The position numbers were made by a program, and so were the translations under genes. This document shows positions 46,648-55,538 of a stretch of DNA of 64,000 nucleotides, piece by piece. How positions within the stretch are numbered: the first letter of the stretch is position 1; each line of letters begins with the position of its first letter. Under the pieces are notes generated by a model. It saw nothing but the letters and a program-made list of their open reading frames with translations. It ran no database searches and had not been told where the DNA came from. Origin of the DNA: a virus (Duplodnaviria > Caudoviricetes); IMG/VR virus record IMGVR_UViG_3300020577_004283, positions 4,987 through 68,986 of that record; one strand, given 5' to 3'.

Positions 46648-47675
46648 CAGATCTTGCCCCGCTTCTTGAGCCACTGTCGGGCAGCGAACCGCCAGTCGGT
46701 CGGGACGACCTTGTTGATGTCGTCCTCGGTGATTTTCACCGAGGTCTTGAACATCCAGTGAAGCCGAGCCATCGGGACGAGAAGGTCCTGGAACGGCATC
46801 GGTGCCGACCAAGGAACTTCCTGATAGCTGTGTTGACGTGGTTCACGGAGCCACCGCTTTAACTCGTCGTCGAAATCGCCAGGATGGACACCTGCGAACA
46901 ACGGGGTGGTAGACACGATCTTCTTGGAGTAGAGATCGTTGACCGGTTCGTCGGGATCGAACTTCCCCATCGTCGCTTCGTAGATGTGGGCGTTGTTGGA
47001 AACGGTTGTCATCGATCCAACACCGACGTCCAGCCGAAAGGCCAGATACTCCATCAAGACAGAGAAGTGAACCGCGTTCGCACCGAACAACCCCCACACA
47101 GCGTCGTTCGAGCGACAGCAGACGGTCATGTCCAGATGGTAGAGATACCCACTGAGACTTCCGTCGCCAACCAACGGTCCGGTGGGCCGGAGTCTCAGGT
47201 AGATGTGGGTGTTGCAGGGGATGTCCTTCTTGCTGGCACCGAGGTCGGCGTCAGCGTCCCACATCGCAATGACTGCTCGACGGCTGGTCGGGTCATAGTC
47301 CAGCAGTTCGATTGCCCGTTCGATCTGGTCCATCTCGAAGTGATTTCGCCAACGGTGGCCGTAAGCTCCCCACAACAGACCATCATCTTCTTCGGCGAAC
47401 CTGGACCCGAAGTCGGAGATGTATTGGTTTAGAAACGATGGGTCGTTCTGCCCGCCCAGCATCCAGAACGATTCGAACAGATGGAAGAACGGGTTGGCGT
47501 CACGATGCGCTGAGAACAGAACCCGTTCGGTCGGACGATGCAGGGCAGTGGTGAACGGTTCCGGGTGGACAATGGCCGGACCGTTCCGGCTATCCTCGCG
47601 GACGCCTTCAGTGCTGATCACGATCATTCCGTGGTAGAATGCCGTGTTGACGTTCGGATGACTGATAACTCGCAT
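46647..47675 (-). CDS. thymidylate-synthase-family enzyme, probable dUMP hydroxymethyltransferase
   Basis: Catalytic IPCN, RSNDAVWGLFGAN (Asn at the dUMP-specificity position), NNAHIY; divergent from ThyA and embedded among modification genes. Confidence 0.8.
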   Translation of the reverse strand: MRVISHPNVNTAFYHGMIVISTEGVREDSRNGPAIVHPEPFTTALHRPTERVLFSAHRDANPFFHLFESFWMLGGQNDPSFLNQYISDFGSRFAEEDDGLLWGAYGHRWRNHFEMDQIERAIELLDYDPTSRRAVIAMWDADADLGASKKDIPCNTHIYLRLRPTGPLVGDGSLSGYLYHLDMTVCCRSNDAVWGLFGANAVHFSVLMEYLAFRLDVGVGSMTTVSNNAHIYEATMGKFDPDEPVNDLYSKKIVSTTPLFAGVHPGDFDDELKRWLREPRQHSYQEVPWSAPMPFQDLLVPMARLHWMFKTSVKITEDDINKVVPTDWRFAARQWLKKRGKI

Positions 47676-47713
47676 GGTTACTCCTGGCTGATAAGCGAGA
47701 TACGTAGTATAGC

Positions 47714-48172
47714 CTAGTCGGCGCTGGCTGAAAACGCTTTAGCCTCCTCAATCACCTGTGCAAGAAATGCTCCGGTTGCAACACGATTGGTCGGGTTGCG
47801 ATAGAACATACTTTCAAGTGAAATCTTCGGGATCAGGACCCAAGGCTTTTCCTTAGACCACACGAATGGGTCATATCGGTGGTTCATCGCCGCACCGGTC
47901 TTCGCCCCGATAAGGACAACGATACGGTTCAGCAGCATCGGTGTGAGGAACGCGGCCGATGACCGTGAAACCACATCGTCGGGAAACTTCCGGATAGTCG
48001 GATCCAGAACGTTCCGTTGAGTGCCCGATCTCCAGTCAGTCATGGAGATACCGGTTTCTTCGTGCACCATACTCCAGAGAATGTTGCCCGCCGACTGAAG
48101 CGGTTCAGGGGCGAAGTAGTCCTTCGCCACCTGCTGATCCGGGTCGCTATAACCCAGGAAGTAGACTCTCAA
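47714..48172 (-). CDS. hypothetical protein within the modification operon
   Basis: TTG 48172 overlaps the glycosyltransferase stop; no family recognised. Confidence 0.55.
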   Translation of the reverse strand: MRVYFLGYSDPDQQVAKDYFAPEPLQSAGNILWSMVHEETGISMTDWRSGTQRNVLDPTIRKFPDDVVSRSSAAFLTPMLLNRIVVLIGAKTGAAMNHRYDPFVWSKEKPWVLIPKISLESMFYRNPTNRVATGAFLAQVIEEAKAFSASAD

Positions 48173-48978
48173 GCGTTCCTCGCGTCCCAGCCGAGAGCCT
48201 TCTTCCAATGGATCTGAACCTCCAGCCGGTCCTTCATGAACCCGGTCTTGTTGTGCTTCTGCACGATGGAGACCAGGCCTGGATGAAGTTCCTTCAGCCG
48301 ATAGGCTGCCTGATCAGACAGCTCCACGTCACGATAATCAGCGCACCCGCCCGGTGCGCCGCTGAGCTGGCTGTGGCACCAGTAGCCGACGCAAAGGTTC
48401 GGGCGTCCTTTCCGGAGGCTCTGCAGGGTGCTCTCGAGGTCGGAGCGGAGGATACTCCGGGCGTAGTCAATCTGGGCAAAGTCTTCGTTGCGCCAACCGA
48501 ACACGCACATGATCCTGGTGCATTCACGGATGCAGGTCTCGGGTCCGCCGATCGGGAACGCGGTGTTGTTCATGTAGCGCGGAGACACGCCGACATGACT
48601 CCAGGTCCCTGTCTTCAGTTTCTCTTCGACCCAGTCCAGCATCTCGCCGACCTCGTCAGGCACACACTTCTTGGTCTGATGAGTCTCGGGCGATTTGCGA
48701 ACCTCGAACCGAACATCGTCGTCCATCTGCAGATGATACGGTTCGCCGGCTGCGATGGACAGGTTGCCGATGTGCTGCCGTTTCCGGGCCAACAGCATAT
48801 CGTTCGGGCAGGCCACGATCTTCACAGGAAAGTCCTTGACGGCTTTCTTGTAGAATTCGACTTGATCTTCCGGTGGGAAGAGCGTAGTCGCCTGTAGATA
48901 TCGATCAGGCAACTGGACCATCAGCTTGCCGATCACGTCCCACCGAGAGCGGACCGGAATATTGATAGACATTGTCAT
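48169..48978 (-). CDS. GT-A-fold glycosyltransferase, TAGT/GREB1(JGT)-like
   Basis: RKRQHI...LQMDDDVRF DxD motif; DLESTLQSLRKG; SGAPGGCADYR; LKELHPGLV. Confidence 0.7.
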   Translation of the reverse strand: MTMSINIPVRSRWDVIGKLMVQLPDRYLQATTLFPPEDQVEFYKKAVKDFPVKIVACPNDMLLARKRQHIGNLSIAAGEPYHLQMDDDVRFEVRKSPETHQTKKCVPDEVGEMLDWVEEKLKTGTWSHVGVSPRYMNNTAFPIGGPETCIRECTRIMCVFGWRNEDFAQIDYARSILRSDLESTLQSLRKGRPNLCVGYWCHSQLSGAPGGCADYRDVELSDQAAYRLKELHPGLVSIVQKHNKTGFMKDRLEVQIHWKKALGWDARNA

Positions 48979-48998
48979 GATGTGCCTCCTGGCAGATG

Positions 48999-49925
48999 TT
49001 ACTTCGGCGGGTGATAACGGTTTCTCGGCACCCCCTGTCCGAGTCTCACACGCTCATATTTGTCAAACTCACAGAGCGTATGTTCGACAGTCCGCATGTC
49101 CCAGCTCTGCCATTCAGCCGGCCAGTGCTTGGGATCTTGGGACAATTTCAGTAGCTCCTGCATCTCTCGGACGCTGTCTGCTTCACGAATGTTGATGCGG
49201 TGCTGACGACGGGGGATCGCGTTCGGATTGCTCCTGCCGTGCACACGATGCAGACCCCGCTTCGCCCCCGGACCAGCGTGAGCCCATGTCATGATGTCGG
49301 AGGCTCCGCGGAGAACCTCAGTGTAGATCAGGTCACATGCGATTTCGTATGCAGTGAAGCCGCCCTGTCCGGGGGAACACTCGATCCACTCGCTGAGATG
49401 TTGAACTGAGCGGATGTGTGGGTAAGTGATGTAACTCTCGGCCAACTCACGCCAAGGGCGGAGATAGAACGCGCGGACACTGAACAGGATCCCGTCCAGC
49501 TTCTTCATTCCGTCGGTGCTGCGGAGCATATACGCACCGGTCACGTAAGGACCCTTGGGGTAGGTGATCTCCAGCGCCGACTTGATCGCGGACGTGTCTC
49601 CGTTCTTCGCGATGAAGTGCTCCCACGGTGTCAGCTTCGTGAGAAGATCGGGTTGGTTGAAGATCACTTCCCCGATCTCTATCCGATTGAACCAGCGGAA
49701 CAGTGTCGTCGCCATGAAAACTTCAGGCGTGCCGTCCAACTTCTCGCGAACGTTTCGTCTGAACCAATCGGTCGTCTTGTCCAGTTCACGGAACACATTC
49801 GTGAACTTGTAGGTGTTGAAATACTCGTTCTCGGACCACGGCCACGACTTTCCGGCCTGTCGGCTCAGATAGATATTGTGGCGTTCCCGTGCAAAGGCGA
49901 AGAACCTGTAGACGCCATCGGTCAT
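48999..49925 (-). CDS. aGPT-Pplase1 / 5-hmdU DNA kinase helical-domain family protein
   Basis: ERHNIY..RQAG..WPW......YKFTNVFRELD...LFRWFNR...GPGAKRGL...EHTLCEFDKY motifs. Confidence 0.85.
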   Translation of the reverse strand: MTDGVYRFFAFARERHNIYLSRQAGKSWPWSENEYFNTYKFTNVFRELDKTTDWFRRNVREKLDGTPEVFMATTLFRWFNRIEIGEVIFNQPDLLTKLTPWEHFIAKNGDTSAIKSALEITYPKGPYVTGAYMLRSTDGMKKLDGILFSVRAFYLRPWRELAESYITYPHIRSVQHLSEWIECSPGQGGFTAYEIACDLIYTEVLRGASDIMTWAHAGPGAKRGLHRVHGRSNPNAIPRRQHRINIREADSVREMQELLKLSQDPKHWPAEWQSWDMRTVEHTLCEFDKYERVRLGQGVPRNRYHPPK

Positions 49926-49939
49926 TTTTCTCTCCTATG

Positions 49940-49971
49940 AAAAACCCGCCGTGTCTGGCACACGACGGGTT
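49940..49971 (-). terminator. intrinsic terminator immediately upstream of the modification operon
   Basis: On the - strand: AACCCGTCGTGT-gccag-ACACGGCGGG-TTTTT. Confidence 0.65.
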
Positions 49972-49998
49972 CTCCAGCCGATCAACGCAACGTCAGGG

Positions 49999-50856
49999 TC
50001 AGGCGTCCAGATCCTCCTCGACCGCCGCAGCGGCTTCCTCGGTCGGGGCGTCCGCGGTCGCGGTCGCAGCCGGCGGGGTCAGGATGATATGGCCACGTTC
50101 CGCCATCGCCTTGATCGAACCCGGAGACAGAACCTCGACCTTCAGATTCTCCTCCACCGTCTTGCCGTCCAGGATGGCCAGGAAACGATCCGAACGTCCG
50201 GTGTTCGGACGATACGGGTTGTTGTCGGCGCCGAACGGCTTGCCGTTGACGACAGCGTAGGTGATCACGGTCTTCGGGTTCAGACCACCGGTCACGGTCG
50301 TCTTGACCGCACCGTCGCCGCTCGTCTTCGATGCCTTCGCCGCTTCCTTCGCCGCAGCCTTCTCGGCCTTCTCCTTGGCCCTCGCCTCGGCCGCCGCCGC
50401 CTTGGCCTTCGTCTTCTCGGCCATGGCCTGGGCCTTCGCCGCAGCCTTCTCCTCGGCCGTCATGGCCGCACCAGTCGTCGCTTCCACAGTCATTCGTCTC
50501 TTCTCCATTTGGCCGCGATCATTCGCGATCAGTGAACACAGGGCATCAAAGTCAGTAGGGAGTGGTTGAGCTTTCTTGAACAACCCATCCCAGATCCGTG
50601 GCAACATCCCACGTCGAGCGGATCTCTCCTCGACAGGGGTCAACGTGTCCAGGGCATCGAGGATATGGTTGGCCTCCACCCCAGCGATCTTCATGATGAC
50701 CGCCCACTCGAATCTGGCGTATGCCTCAAAAACCTCGTCAGGGTCACCAAAGATTGGATCGCCGTATTGGATGAGGGGGTGGACAAAGGCTTCCTCTTTC
50801 GTCTGGAAGACGTAGGGAACACCGATACCGCCCTTAGTGATTGCTACACATGCCAT
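49999..50856 (-). CDS. Ala/Lys-rich protein with a C-terminal NP..G.TV domain (possible internal start MTVEATT)
   Basis: NNPYRPNTGRSDRFLAILDGKTVEE; AKAKA-rich, histone-like segment. Confidence 0.65.
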   Translation of the reverse strand: MACVAITKGGIGVPYVFQTKEEAFVHPLIQYGDPIFGDPDEVFEAYARFEWAVIMKIAGVEANHILDALDTLTPVEERSARRGMLPRIWDGLFKKAQPLPTDFDALCSLIANDRGQMEKRRMTVEATTGAAMTAEEKAAAKAQAMAEKTKAKAAAAEARAKEKAEKAAAKEAAKASKTSGDGAVKTTVTGGLNPKTVITYAVVNGKPFGADNNPYRPNTGRSDRFLAILDGKTVEENLKVEVLSPGSIKAMAERGHIILTPPAATATADAPTEEAAAAVEEDLDA

Positions 50857-50862
50857 ACAGTG

Positions 50863-50899
50863 ATTGTAGTCCTATAGGATAACGCTGAAAAGAACTATC
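50863..50899 (-). promoter_or_regulatory. sigma70-like promoter GATAGTTC-TTTTCA-N17-TACAAT
   Basis: Promoter family member. Confidence 0.7.
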
Positions 50900-50938
50900 T
50901 TTGGCGATATTCGATGTTTTTTCTAGTCATTCACACGA

Positions 50939-52435
50939 TCAAATTGGGTAGTGCCTCGGTGTTGTTGGCGCAATCACGCAAAGCTCCTGCTTTGCCCGTG
51001 TTGCTCCAACGTAGAACACACGAGCTTCGGCGTCGGGGTCGGTGTGGGTTTCACGCCAAGTTCTCGGTGCCATATCGGTCATTAGAGCAACACGATCAGC
51101 CTGACCGCCTTTGCTGCCATGGATCGTTGACAGCTTGATCCTAGGCTCGATCGTCAGTCGCTCTTTGTTGCGCCGGCACCGCATGAGATACACTCGGTCT
51201 TCAAGAGTGATCTTGTCCATGGACACGTGCCAAACTTCGTTTCGCAACAAACCACCGTTGTTCATCAAATCATTCATCCCGACCATATCCTCGGGCTGGT
51301 AAAACGGCAGTTTCTTGTGGCCGCGTGCGACACCAACGCCGACTGAAAACAGCTCGTAGGCTGCAACGACGTCTTTCGCCCGTTGCTTCTCGCCCCGCCG
51401 CAGTCGTTCCCAGGTCACGATACGGTCTAGGGTCGCCCTACTTACCGAGGGGTTCCCCTCACGCTCGTAGAGGACCCCTGCGGCCCGCAATGACCGCTCT
51501 ACCGGGTCTAGTTGATGACGGTTGCGGGCGAGTATCATGATACTGTCGCCGCTCAGATCAACTTCATCGATGTTGGCGAGATGACGGACGATCCCATCCT
51601 CCTCGCGTGGGTTCCATTTCTTGTCACGTCGTCGGTGGACGCGGCCGATGATGTCGTTAGCCACTGCTTGAACCCGTTTCGGCACACGCCATGATTGGCC
51701 AAGGACGGTCACGTCGCCGGGCAGATCGATCAACGTGTCAACATCGGCCCCCGCCCAGATGAAGATAGCCTGGTCATCATCGCCGGCCACCACCACTCGC
51801 CGACAGTTTGTGGCGAGTTCACGGACAACATCCCACTGGAGGATGCTCAGGTCCTGTGCCTCATCCACCAACAGAACTTCGATGTTGGGCCGAGCTCCGC
51901 GCTTCACAAACAGCTCAAGCATGTCAGTGAAATCGTAGAGATGGTGGGTCTTCTTGTATTCTTCCAGACCACGACTGAACCGTTCAAGCACGGCCCAATC
52001 CAGTTCATCGTGATCTTGCTCGTACAACTTCCGGAGTGGTATTCGTCTGATACGGGCCACGCCGTCCATGAACATCATCCGGTCGCCAATCTCATAGCCC
52101 GACCAAACACCGTCAACGGACAACCGACCAGTGATCTTCACACCAATCCAGTCAGCAAACTCTCGGACCTTGGGTCCTTGCAGGATGTTACCCCCGGCCA
52201 GTCCTCCGAAACGCATGCAGAGAGAATGCAACGTTCTGAAGTGTGGGAAGTCTCCTGACTCTAGCCCAAATTCTTCTTTGACCCGGTCCAGAGCTTCGGC
52301 TGCTGCCTTACGTGTGAACGTGACAAACCCGATACGGTCCGGGGGTGTTCCACGGGCGAGCTCTTGTCGGAGGATCTCGATGAGTTTGGTGGTCTTACCG
52401 GTTCCAGGCGGACCGAGGATGATTTCCCAATTCAC
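50939..52435 (-). CDS. SF1 (UvrD/Rep-like) helicase
   Basis: GPPGTGKTT, LLVDEAQD, AGDDDQAI, QSWR and STIHGSKGGQAD motifs. Confidence 0.92.
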   Translation of the reverse strand: MNWEIILGPPGTGKTTKLIEILRQELARGTPPDRIGFVTFTRKAAAEALDRVKEEFGLESGDFPHFRTLHSLCMRFGGLAGGNILQGPKVREFADWIGVKITGRLSVDGVWSGYEIGDRMMFMDGVARIRRIPLRKLYEQDHDELDWAVLERFSRGLEEYKKTHHLYDFTDMLELFVKRGARPNIEVLLVDEAQDLSILQWDVVRELATNCRRVVVAGDDDQAIFIWAGADVDTLIDLPGDVTVLGQSWRVPKRVQAVANDIIGRVHRRRDKKWNPREEDGIVRHLANIDEVDLSGDSIMILARNRHQLDPVERSLRAAGVLYEREGNPSVSRATLDRIVTWERLRRGEKQRAKDVVAAYELFSVGVGVARGHKKLPFYQPEDMVGMNDLMNNGGLLRNEVWHVSMDKITLEDRVYLMRCRRNKERLTIEPRIKLSTIHGSKGGQADRVALMTDMAPRTWRETHTDPDAEARVFYVGATRAKQELCVIAPTTPRHYPI

Positions 52436-52647
52436 GATCGGTTCCCTTTCACACACTGCGGACACAACCAGCGCCACTGCTTCCGTCGCCAGCCGTTGTG
52501 TAGGGCGGTGTTGGTCAGGGTAGTATAGGCGTGCCTGACCTCACGGGCTGACCCGTTGGCGACGATGTTGGGACCGTTATTCCCCACACACTCTAACGAC
52601 CGTCGGTTTCCCGGTGTGTCACATGTCAGATATATGACCGTGCTCAT
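52432..52647 (-). CDS. small Cys-rich (Zn-finger-like) protein
   Basis: LTCD...C...GW...WLCPQC. Confidence 0.6.
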   Translation of the reverse strand: MSTVIYLTCDTPGNRRSLECVGNNGPNIVANGSAREVRHAYTTLTNTALHNGWRRKQWRWLCPQCVKGNRS

Positions 52648-53255
52648 TTCGGCTCCTCTGGCGGATTGAGAGTTTTTAGGATGCCACGATGCACATATCG
52701 GCATGCATATACGTCTGCCAATGCATCGTGGTTGTTGACGAGCGGCTTCTTGGTGAAGAACTGATACGCCTCCGTCAGTTTCGGAGCCTTGTATCCGTCG
52801 ATCGTGTGGCTGCCTCCGGACGGTATCTTCATGACCTTGGCGGCGTTGATCATGGTGCAGTATTCTTCAGGCCACACCGGCGGAGGCAGTTGCTGCTGGT
52901 TGCAGGCTCGCTCGATCATACCGATGTCGAATTGAATGTTGTGGGCCACCACTCGGTCAGCATAACCAACCCAACGACTGAGCATGTGCAAGATGGTGTC
53001 AGGAGCTTCACCGAACCTTTCACACATCTCGTCTGTGACTCCGTGTTTGGCCGTGCACCGTTCGGTGATCAAATTCTTTCTGATCCCGACCCACTTTGTT
53101 TGGCTGATAATCGCCGACAACGTGGATATCACTCGGCCCTGAGTATAGCTGAGGACCGCCGCTACTTGACAGATCAATGGCTGCCCAGGGTCAGTCAACG
53201 ATGTTCCGTTGATGACGTAATCGGACGATTCGGTGTCAATGTAAAGACTGATCAT
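52644..53255 (-). CDS. DEDDh 3'-5' exonuclease (DnaQ-like)
   Basis: YIDTES, VAHNIQFD and HDALADV motifs. Confidence 0.9.
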   Translation of the reverse strand: MISLYIDTESSDYVINGTSLTDPGQPLICQVAAVLSYTQGRVISTLSAIISQTKWVGIRKNLITERCTAKHGVTDEMCERFGEAPDTILHMLSRWVGYADRVVAHNIQFDIGMIERACNQQQLPPPVWPEEYCTMINAAKVMKIPSGGSHTIDGYKAPKLTEAYQFFTKKPLVNNHDALADVYACRYVHRGILKTLNPPEEPK

Positions 53256-53929
53256 CAGTCGTCTCCGAAATGACTGTAGGAATGGCTGTCGTCAAAACCT
53301 CCACCACCGTTCGCCGACTTACGACAAGAGTCGCACATACGGTTTTTCTTGCGGTCTTTGGTGAAGAATGGCATTCTGCAAGTGATGCACGGAATCTGTT
53401 CACGTGCCGCTGTTTTCGCGACGTTGGTTGGCGTCCGGCGGTTCATCATTCGCCGGATCTTGGCGTAGATTTCGACATGGGACCGACCAGGCACCAGCGT
53501 GTAATACCCTGTACCTTGGTCAGTCCCGCCTTGGCTCACGTAGTTTGAGACAATCGCAAGCTCTTCTTTGCTCCACTTGCCTTTGTTGCCAACTTGTTCT
53601 CTCATGAGGATAGCTCTCCTGATCCTGGCGTAAATCTCTTCGGGTGAACGATGGGGAACCAAACCGCTGTAGGCGTGCTCTTCCAGCGATCCGTTGTGTC
53701 TGACGTAATCTGAAACGATCTTCAGTTCTCGTTTAGACCAGTTATGGCGGTGTGGGCCACGCCTCATCACACCAAACTTTAAGTTCAGTGCCCGAGCGAT
53801 GGCTCGCACAGCATCCAGTGAACGGGTTGGGATTTTCGCCCCGGTCTGCCGATAGTCCAGACCATCCCTCACGCATTCACGGAGGGTGGCTATTTCTTCA
53901 TCAGACCACGAAGGACCAAACCTAGTCAT
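53255..53929 (-). CDS. three Myb/SANT-like repeats plus a C4 Zn finger; putative transcription regulator
   Basis: WSDEE / WSKRE / WSKEE...RS repeats; CITC...F...RMCDSC. Confidence 0.7.
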   Translation of the reverse strand: MTRFGPSWSDEEIATLRECVRDGLDYRQTGAKIPTRSLDAVRAIARALNLKFGVMRRGPHRHNWSKRELKIVSDYVRHNGSLEEHAYSGLVPHRSPEEIYARIRRAILMREQVGNKGKWSKEELAIVSNYVSQGGTDQGTGYYTLVPGRSHVEIYAKIRRMMNRRTPTNVAKTAAREQIPCITCRMPFFTKDRKKNRMCDSCRKSANGGGGFDDSHSYSHFGDD

Positions 53930-53939
53930 CAGTCTTCTC

Positions 53940-55484
53940 CTACAACGGACTCTCGTCGTGTTGTCTCAGATCATGACGGACCTGCTCCCAAGAGAACATA
54001 TCGCTTTTCAGTATCCACACGTTGATGTTCTTGCCTTTAACCCAAAATTGCTGGGTATCACCGCCAAGTTCACGGATACGGCTCGTCATCCATGTGCGTA
54101 ACGATCCACCACGCTCACCAGTAGAAAACTTGGCCCGGTCGAGCGCTTGTTCCAGGTCACGGAGCCTGAAATACACCAGTCGTGCCTCTTCGTCATGCCA
54201 CGGTTTACCTAACAGTATCTCATCTTTCGTTTCAGCCTTGTGACGGTCAGTGAGAAACTGCTCCAAGACTTCCCCAAACTTACCCCGGATGCCCGACTCC
54301 TTGGGTGCCTCGATTGTTGTAGCTGACTCCACGATCTCCTGAACACTCCGGGTCCAGGTCTGCCGGGGGTATTCGGGTATGACCTGTCGCAGCTGTATCA
54401 GAGTCGCAAGCTGAAACTCGTGGGAGGACATAAGTTGTCCAGCAGAGACCTCAACCGTCCCGCCTGTCTTAAGAACGACGAAGAAGACAGGAGGGTCCGT
54501 CTCGAGGATGGATACGCTCTCAAGGAGAGTGGCTTCTCCGCCACTACCAACCCCATGGGGCCTGGTTCTACATATTGCAACATTACAACAAGAGACGATG
54601 GGCTGATCGCGGCAGCGATAGTTGTAGTCTTTCCGGCGTAGTCCACGAACACATGAACTGACCTCCGCCGCTGCCAGCGGTGGCGTGATATACTTTTGGT
54701 TCCATTCCTCAAGTAACTGCTCCCACCCGTCGGGCCGCATTTTCTTGGCAAGAACGCCGAGGTTCAGTAGACCGTTGTTGCGGGTCCCAGGCGGGAACCC
54801 TATGCCGGCCAACATCTCAAGACACGGAGGACCGGCTGCAAAGTCGTCTATGCGGCGTCGGAGAACTAGCGCCTCCAGTTGTGCCTGGGTAAGTCTGGCA
54901 CCCTCAGCGGCCTCTATAAAGCTCTCTACGGACATACCCCGCCCGTCAGCCCGGACCGCATACCTGTTGGTCTTGTCGCCCCCATAATACGGCATGTTCA
55001 GCCAGGACCCAAGATCGCCTCGGTCTATCAGAACTGCTTCCTGTTTGGGGAATATCTCTGAAGACCCGTGACCGATCAGCGCCGCAAGCTCACGTAGCCG
55101 GCCGATCACTACCGAGGCTGGTATAGGCTCCTTGAAAAAGATGTAGATATGAGCACCACCGCTTTTCGTTCTACAAACGAAAGCCGGTATGCGAGCATCA
55201 AGAAGGACTTTTACAAGATCAGCCGGGTCAATGTCATATACGTCAACATCGACACCACCCCACATACAGGTTCCGTCTTCACGGATCGGGACGATACCCA
55301 ACGGGCGACTACCGTCTAGGTGCTTTTCCCATAACTCTCGTGTGACAGGCTCCCGCAGTGTTCGGGCGGTCTTCTTGATTTCTTTCTTAGGACCGCTACC
55401 TGTCTCTTCGGTCCCGTATGTTCCATGCGATCTTGCCGCTCCGGCAAATAACCGCCAGAATCGTTCTGCGATTGACGGACCCAC
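53940..55484 (-). CDS. AEP-type primase / prim-pol
   Basis: GVDVD, RTKSGGAHIYIFF, EIFPKQ, LNMPY, PPCL...RNNGL and C...PI...C...C motifs. Confidence 0.85.
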   Translation of the reverse strand: MGPSIAERFWRLFAGAARSHGTYGTEETGSGPKKEIKKTARTLREPVTRELWEKHLDGSRPLGIVPIREDGTCMWGGVDVDVYDIDPADLVKVLLDARIPAFVCRTKSGGAHIYIFFKEPIPASVVIGRLRELAALIGHGSSEIFPKQEAVLIDRGDLGSWLNMPYYGGDKTNRYAVRADGRGMSVESFIEAAEGARLTQAQLEALVLRRRIDDFAAGPPCLEMLAGIGFPPGTRNNGLLNLGVLAKKMRPDGWEQLLEEWNQKYITPPLAAAEVSSCVRGLRRKDYNYRCRDQPIVSCCNVAICRTRPHGVGSGGEATLLESVSILETDPPVFFVVLKTGGTVEVSAGQLMSSHEFQLATLIQLRQVIPEYPRQTWTRSVQEIVESATTIEAPKESGIRGKFGEVLEQFLTDRHKAETKDEILLGKPWHDEEARLVYFRLRDLEQALDRAKFSTGERGGSLRTWMTSRIRELGGDTQQFWVKGKNINVWILKSDMFSWEQVRHDLRQHDESPL

Positions 55485-55507
55485 ACACTCCCCCTCTTAA
55501 GCAAATC

Positions 55508-55529
55508 GGGAGGGTCCTAAGACCCTCCC
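55508..55529 (-). terminator. hairpin GGGAGGGTC-ctaa-GACCCTCCC between the SSB-like gene and the primase
   Basis: Perfect 9-bp stem; weak U tract. Confidence 0.45.
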
Positions 55530-55538
55530 CGTCGTTGC

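Noticed and set aside
46647-47675. Ordinary ThyA or a dCMP hydroxymethylase
   Set aside because: Asn rather than Asp at the specificity position argues against dCMP; divergence and neighbours argue against plain ThyA. Not fully excluded without an assay.
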